From positions 1 to 49,287 of the forward strand of contig JAVXBP010000002.1 in assembly GCA_036659935.1 (NCBI GenBank): DNA of 49,287 nucleotides, given 5' to 3'. Below the pieces are notes generated by a model that saw nothing but the letters and a program-made list of their open reading frames with translations, was not told the origin of the DNA and searched no databases. Of this stretch, positions 44,445 through 49,287 are shown in pieces. Source of the DNA: Clostridia bacterium. Its GTDB lineage: Bacteria > Bacillota > Clostridia > Christensenellales > UBA3700. The position numbers were made by a program, and so were the translations under genes. Position 1 is the stretch's first letter. Every line of letters starts with the position of its first letter.

Positions 44445-45731
44445 ATGCAATTTTCTATGACTCAACAAATTCTTGCCCGCAAACTTGGACTGTCATTGCA
44501 AGACAAGTCCGCGCTTGCGCCAGGCTCGCTCGTTATGGTTGACGTTGACGTGGCGCTTTCCAACGACGTGACCGCGCCTGTCGCGATTGACGTTTTCAAC
44601 AAAAGCGGTTGCGCGCTTTGCAACCCACAATGCGTAACGTTTGTTATGGACCACTTTACGCCAAACCGTGACATAAGGACAGCGGAATTGTGCAAAACAG
44701 TGCGCAACTTTTCGAAAGAAAATGGAGTGAAAAACTTTTTCGACGTTGGCGAAATGGGCATTGAACACGCGCTTTTGCCAGAAAAAGGCATCGCTCGCCC
44801 GTGGTCGGTTGTTATCGGCGCGGACAGTCACACTTGCACTTATGGCGCGTTGGGCGCGTTTTCTACTGGCGTCGGAAGCACAGATATCGCGGCGATTATG
44901 ATGTCAGGAAAAGTTTGGCTCAAAGTGCCGTCGGCTATCAAATTCAAGCTCGTCGGCAAGCCCGACAGCGACGTTTCTGGCAAGGACGTAATCTTGTATA
45001 TTATCGGAATGATAGGCGTCGACGGAGCGTTGTATAAGTCAATCGAGTTCGACGGCGAAGGCGTAAATTCGCTCACTATGGACGACAGATTTACAATTTG
45101 TAACATGGCGATTGAGTGCGGCGCGAAAAACGGAATTTTTCCAATCGACGAGAAAACAAACGAATATACGCAAGAGACTTGCGGTCAATCTTTCGAAAAG
45201 CTCGCTTGCGGTGACGACAGCGCTTACGAAAAGGTCATTACAATCGACTTGTCAACAATTCGCCCAGTGGTGGCGTTTCCGCACTTGCCGTCCAACACGC
45301 ATTTTGTAGAAGACGTCAAAGAAGAAATAAAACTCGACCAAGTGATAATCGGTTCTTGCACAAACGGCAGAATCAGCGACCTCGAAAGCGCGGCGAAAGT
45401 GCTCGAAGGCAAACACGTCGCTCAAGGCGTGAGAACGATTATTATCCCGGGGACAAACAAAATCTATTTGCAGGCGCTCGAAAGGGGCTATATCAAGACT
45501 TTTATTGAGGGCGGGGCGATAGTGTCCACTCCCACTTGCGGACCTTGTCTTGGCGGACATATGGGAATTCTTGCAAGCGGAGAAAGGGCTGTGACCACCA
45601 CAAATCGCAACTTTATCGGGCGCATGGGCGCAAAGGACAGCTTTATTTATTTGGCGTCTCCGTCAACGGCTATGGCGAGCGCAATCGCAGGCAAGTTGAC
45701 CAGCGCGCAACAATTGAAGGAGACAAAATGA
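44445..45731 (+). CDS. leuC: 3-isopropylmalate dehydratase large subunit (short archaeal/clostridial type)
   Basis: Aconitase-family motifs [20 protein letters not shown]. 428 aa. Confidence 0.9.
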   Translation: MQFSMTQQILARKLGLSLQDKSALAPGSLVMVDVDVALSNDVTAPVAIDVFNKSGCALCNPQCVTFVMDHFTPNRDIRTAELCKTVRNFSKENGVKNFFDVGEMGIEHALLPEKGIARPWSVVIGADSHTCTYGALGAFSTGVGSTDIAAIMMSGKVWLKVPSAIKFKLVGKPDSDVSGKDVILYIIGMIGVDGALYKSIEFDGEGVNSLTMDDRFTICNMAIECGAKNGIFPIDEKTNEYTQETCGQSFEKLACGDDSAYEKVITIDLSTIRPVVAFPHLPSNTHFVEDVKEEIKLDQVIIGSCTNGRISDLESAAKVLEGKHVAQGVRTIIIPGTNKIYLQALERGYIKTFIEGGAIVSTPTCGPCLGGHMGILASGERAVTTTNRNFIGRMGAKDSFIYLASPSTAMASAIAGKLTSAQQLKETK

Positions 45732-46216
45732 TACAAGGAAAAGTGCACAAATTTGGAAGCGATATCGACACGGATATCATAATTCCTGCGACATATCTCA
45801 ACACTTTTGATGAGAATGAGCTCGCAAAACATTGTATGGAATATACCAACCCCGACTTTTTCCACTCGGTGACAAAGGGCGATATTATGGTCGCGGAAAA
45901 CAACTTTGGTTGTGGCTCGTCACGCGAGCACGCGCCAATCGCTATCAAAGGTTGTGGGATATCAATCGTAATCGCAAAGTCGTTCGCAAGAATTTTTTAT
46001 CGCAACGCTATCAATATCGGGCTGTATATTTTGGAGTGCCCAGAAGCGGTCGACGGCATTGACGACGGGGACGAAATCACTGTCGACGTCAACAGCGGAG
46101 TTATCACAAATCTCACCCAAAACAAACAATTCAAAGCCTTGCCATTCCCAAAATTCATTCAGAATATTATCGAATGTGGCGGACTTATAAACGCTATTAA
46201 AGCGAAAAAAATATAG
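45728..46216 (+). CDS. leuD: 3-isopropylmalate dehydratase small subunit
   Basis: [20 protein letters not shown].., [15 protein letters not shown] overlap with the leuC stop. Confidence 0.9.
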   Translation: MIQGKVHKFGSDIDTDIIIPATYLNTFDENELAKHCMEYTNPDFFHSVTKGDIMVAENNFGCGSSREHAPIAIKGCGISIVIAKSFARIFYRNAINIGLYILECPEAVDGIDDGDEITVDVNSGVITNLTQNKQFKALPFPKFIQNIIECGGLINAIKAKKI

Positions 46217-46228
46217 GAGAAATGCAAT

Positions 46229-47293
46229 ATGGCAAATTTTAATATCGCAGTCATTCAAGGCGACGGCATAGGACCAGAAGTTACGTCGGCGGCTATGCAA
46301 GTGTTGACAAAAATCGGGGAACGCTTCAATCATAAGTTCAACTTTGAGATGAGCGTGTGCGGCGGTTGCGCCTATGAGAAATATGGCGAGCCACTTCCAC
46401 AAGAAAGCTTGGACATTTGTCTCGCGAGCGACAGCGTTTTGTTGGGCGCGGTGGGTGGTTTCCAATATGACAACTTGCCTTATGAGAAACGCCCAGAGCG
46501 CGCGTTGCTCGGCGTGAGAAAAGCGATGAACTTGTATGCAAATCTTCGCCCTGCAAAAATTTTCGCGGCGTTGGAAAAAGTTTGTCCGCTCAAAAAATCA
46601 AAAGATATCGACATTATGGTCGTGAGAGAACTTATCGGCGGAGTTTATTTTGGCGAGAAAGGCATTCGCAACGGCAAGTTTGGCAGAGAAGGCTATGACG
46701 TTATGGCTTACAGCGAAATGGAAGTCGAAAGAATCGGGCGCTGCGCTTTTGAGCTCGCGCAAAAAAGACGCGGAAAAGTCAGCAGTGTGGACAAAGCAAA
46801 CGTGCTTTCTTCGTCGGGAGTGTGGAGAAAGGTCATTCACGACATTCACGAAGATTATCCCGGAGTGGAGTTGGAAGACGTTCTTGTTGACAACGCCGCT
46901 ATGCAACTCGTGAGAGACCCGTCTCAATTCGACGTTATCGTCACGGAAAACTTGTTTGGAGATATTCTTTCTGACCTTGCGTCGCAATGCGTTGGCTCAA
47001 TCGGAATTTTGCCGTCGGCAAGCATAAACGAGACAACTCGCGGACTCTATGAGCCTATTCACGGCTCTGCGCCAACAATCGCAGGCAAGAATATCGCAAA
47101 CCCACTCGCGACAATTTTGAGCGCGGCAATGATGCTTAAGTATGCTTTCAATCTCAGCGCGGAAGGCGACGCTATCGAAAAAGCCGTCGAAAAAACGCTC
47201 AATGACGGCGCGCGCACGGCTGACCTCAGAGAAGAAGGCTTGGCTGTTATCGGCACAAAAGAAATGACCGAACTCGTCATCAAAAACATATAG
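46229..47293 (+). CDS. leuB: 3-isopropylmalate dehydrogenase
   Basis: IAVIQGDGIGPEV, MVVRELIGGVYFG, NLFGDILSD, HGSAP. Confidence 0.93.
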   Translation: MANFNIAVIQGDGIGPEVTSAAMQVLTKIGERFNHKFNFEMSVCGGCAYEKYGEPLPQESLDICLASDSVLLGAVGGFQYDNLPYEKRPERALLGVRKAMNLYANLRPAKIFAALEKVCPLKKSKDIDIMVVRELIGGVYFGEKGIRNGKFGREGYDVMAYSEMEVERIGRCAFELAQKRRGKVSSVDKANVLSSSGVWRKVIHDIHEDYPGVELEDVLVDNAAMQLVRDPSQFDVIVTENLFGDILSDLASQCVGSIGILPSASINETTRGLYEPIHGSAPTIAGKNIANPLATILSAAMMLKYAFNLSAEGDAIEKAVEKTLNDGARTADLREEGLAVIGTKEMTELVIKNI

Positions 47294-47357
47294 AAAACAT
47301 CACAATCGTTGTACAGGTCGCTCGAAATGCGACTTTGCGACAGAAAAAGGAGAACAT

Positions 47358-47648
47358 ATGAAAGCAATCGTATCCGTTATCGGAAAGGACAAGAAAGGAA
47401 TTATTGCCAAGGTTTCGACCGCGTTGTATGAGATGGATATCAATATCGAAGACATATCTCAGACAATTTTGCAGAATTATTTTACTATGATTATGGCGGT
47501 TGAGACGCAAGACAACAGCCCCAACTTCGAGCAAATAACTCTCAATCTCTTGGCTTTGGGCGAAAAATTGGGCGTGGAAATTCACATTCAATCACAGAGT
47601 ATTTTTGACAGTATGCACAAGATAAGTAACTCCAATCAGGAATTGTGA
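47358..47648 (+). CDS. ACT domain-containing protein (UPF0237 type)
   Basis: [36 protein letters not shown]... Forms the conserved pairing with the downstream UPF0210 gene. Confidence 0.85.
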   Translation: MKAIVSVIGKDKKGIIAKVSTALYEMDINIEDISQTILQNYFTMIMAVETQDNSPNFEQITLNLLALGEKLGVEIHIQSQSIFDSMHKISNSNQEL

Positions 47649-47655
47649 GGTAGAA

Positions 47656-49005
47656 ATGTATACAAATAAAGAAATTCTTGAGACAATCAATATGGTTTCT
47701 CACCAACATTTGGACGTGAGAACTATCACTATGGGCATATCGTTGCTCGATTGTATATCAGAAAGCAAACAACGCGTTTGCGACAAAATTTATGACAAAA
47801 TTATGTCCAAGGCGAGCAATCTCGTCAAGGTCGGCGAAGATATATCACGCGAAATCGGCGTGCCAATTGTCAACAAGAGAATATCAGTTACGCCTGTCAG
47901 CATTATCAGCGCGGCAAGCAAGGGACATTTGGAAATAATTCGCACTCTCGACAAAATCGCGGCGGAGATTGGCATTGACTTTCTCGGCGGTTACTCTGCG
48001 CTTGTTCACAAGGCTATGTCGAGCTACGAAGAAGAATTTATTCGCAGCATTCCGGAAGCTTTGTCCACGACAAAAAAGATATGCGCGTCAGTCAACGTGG
48101 CGACCTCGAAAGCGGGCATCAATATGGACGCCGTCGCTTTGATGGGGAAAATCGTCAAAGAATGCGCTTATCTCACTCGCGACACGGACAGCTCGGCTTG
48201 CACAAAACTTGTTGTTTTTGCAAACGCAGTTGAGGATAACCCTTTTATGGCGGGCGCTTTTCTCGGAATCGGGGAAGACGACGCGGTCATCAACGTGGGC
48301 GTTTCTGGGCCTGGCGTTGTCAAATCAGCGCTCGAAAAAGTTCACGGCGACCTGACGGAAGTCGCGGAATGTATCAAACAAACAGCTTTCAAAATCACTC
48401 GCGTAGGGCAACTTGTGTGCAACGAAGCAAGCAAGCGCCTTGGCGTTTCGAGTGGAATTGTTGACCTTTCGCTTGCGCCGACACCAGTTGTTGGCGACAG
48501 TGTGGCGCATATTTTGGAAGAAATCGGCTTGGAAAGCGTCGGAGCTTATGGCACAACCGCAACGCTTGCTATGCTCAATGACGCAGTCAAGAAAGGCGGC
48601 ATTATGGCGAGCAGTCACGTCGGCGGACTGAGCGGAGCTTTTATCCCTGTCTCAGAAGACGCTGGTATGATTCGCGCGGCGGAATGTGGCGCGCTTAATA
48701 TGGAAAAGTTGGAAGCTATGACCGCGGTTTGCTCGGTTGGGCTCGATATGATTGCCATTCCGGGCGACACAACGGCGGACGTAATCTCGGCGATTATTGC
48801 GGACGAGATATCAATCGGCGTGGTCAATGTCAAAACCACAGCCGTGCGCGTTATTCCTGTTTGGGGCAAAAAAGCGGGCGAGCACGCGGAGTTTGGCGGA
48901 CTGCTTGGACACGCGCCAATTATGAAAATAAACACTTATTCGCCGTCGAAATTTATCGCGCGCGGTGGTAGAATTCCTGCGCCGTTGCACAGCAATAAGA
49001 ACTAA
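47656..49005 (+). CDS. UPF0210 / DUF711 (PFL-like) family protein
   Basis: ~450 aa with [24 protein letters not shown]. Canonical partner of the ACT protein. Confidence 0.85.
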   Translation: MYTNKEILETINMVSHQHLDVRTITMGISLLDCISESKQRVCDKIYDKIMSKASNLVKVGEDISREIGVPIVNKRISVTPVSIISAASKGHLEIIRTLDKIAAEIGIDFLGGYSALVHKAMSSYEEEFIRSIPEALSTTKKICASVNVATSKAGINMDAVALMGKIVKECAYLTRDTDSSACTKLVVFANAVEDNPFMAGAFLGIGEDDAVINVGVSGPGVVKSALEKVHGDLTEVAECIKQTAFKITRVGQLVCNEASKRLGVSSGIVDLSLAPTPVVGDSVAHILEEIGLESVGAYGTTATLAMLNDAVKKGGIMASSHVGGLSGAFIPVSEDAGMIRAAECGALNMEKLEAMTAVCSVGLDMIAIPGDTTADVISAIIADEISIGVVNVKTTAVRVIPVWGKKAGEHAEFGGLLGHAPIMKINTYSPSKFIARGGRIPAPLHSNKN

Positions 49006-49287
49006 CAAAATCAACAAAACAAACTTAACCAACGAACAAATTTAACTAGTAAACTAGCTTAATCAACGAACTAGCTAAAATAATAGAACAAGCTAAACAA
49101 ACAAATTTAATCAAATGACTAGCTAAAATAAAAAGCAAACTTAATCAACAAAAAAGCTTAATTAAAAAGCAAACTTAATCAACGGACTAGCTAAACTAAC
49201 AAAAAAGCTTAATTAAAAAGAACTAACAAAATTATTGCGCGCGGTGGCAGGTTACCTGTTCCGTTGCGCGGTAATAAGAATTAAAGG
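49006..49287. repeat. G-poor nested-repeat spacer followed by a second, diverged copy of the UPF0210 3' end
   Basis: AAAAAGCAAACTTAATCAAC x2, AAAAAAGCTTAATTAAAAAG x2, ACTAGCTAAA x4. Region 49232-49284 matches 48954-49006 at 42/53 nt (hand alignment), in frame and with its own stop. Confidence 0.85.

Noticed and set aside
45536-45727. 64-aa upstream extension of the leuD ORF.
   Set aside because: It lies wholly inside leuC in another frame. The canonical LeuD N-terminus [10 protein letters not shown] starts at 45728 with an ATGA stop-start overlap.
48954-49284. Gene-end copy plus downstream near-copy resembling a DGR variable/template repeat pair.
   Set aside because: The mismatches are not restricted to adenine positions of one copy, the repeat is short (53 nt), and no reverse transcriptase or accessory gene is in the window.

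Overview
This reads as an ordinary chromosomal segment with no integrase, transposase, CRISPR array or recognisable defence system. The source looks like a spore-forming Firmicute (Clostridia-like), probably a host-glycan forager; that is inferred from gpr, the Na+-type V-ATPase and the GH27/GH2/GH29/GH33 plus sialic-acid genes. All calls rest on motif recognition from memory, since no searches were possible.

Gene content, left to right:
- rluA-like pseudouridine synthase (cut by the window edge), Fe-alcohol dehydrogenase, GH27 alpha-galactosidase
- an unusual protein combining an RpoA-alpha-CTD-like domain, a disordered repeat region and WG repeats
- gpr germination protease and rpsT
- csoR plus a Cys/His-rich P1B metal ATPase
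- tRNA-Ser(GCT), followed by a visibly AT-rich ~1.8-kb islet (XRE regulator, secreted small protein, membrane-anchored protein)
- a complete nine-gene ntp-type V-ATPase operon
- GH2 glycosidase with a discoidin tail, a 2-TM membrane protein, an HtrA-like lipoprotein protease, a PI-PLC-like lipoprotein and a GH29 fucosidase
- a yybP-ykoY (Mn2+) riboswitch driving a P2-type cation ATPase
- cdd, a PflX-like radical SAM gene, and nanA-nanK-nanE with a signal-peptide-less GH33 sialidase and an aldose-epimerase-like gene
- a RimK-like ATP-grasp ligase plus secreted CE4-like deacetylase, and an SH3b membrane protein
- leuCDB, and the ACT/UPF0210 pair

The most unusual signal is not a gene. At ten or more loci, the last 10-55 nt of a CDS, often including its stop codon, is copied again just downstream inside short degenerate tandem arrays. 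One copy (UPF0210) keeps the reading frame and amino-acid similarity.

A second pervasive property is very long, codon-aligned antisense ORFs, which imply strong avoidance of TTA/CTA/TCA codons. I treat these as shadows, not genes.
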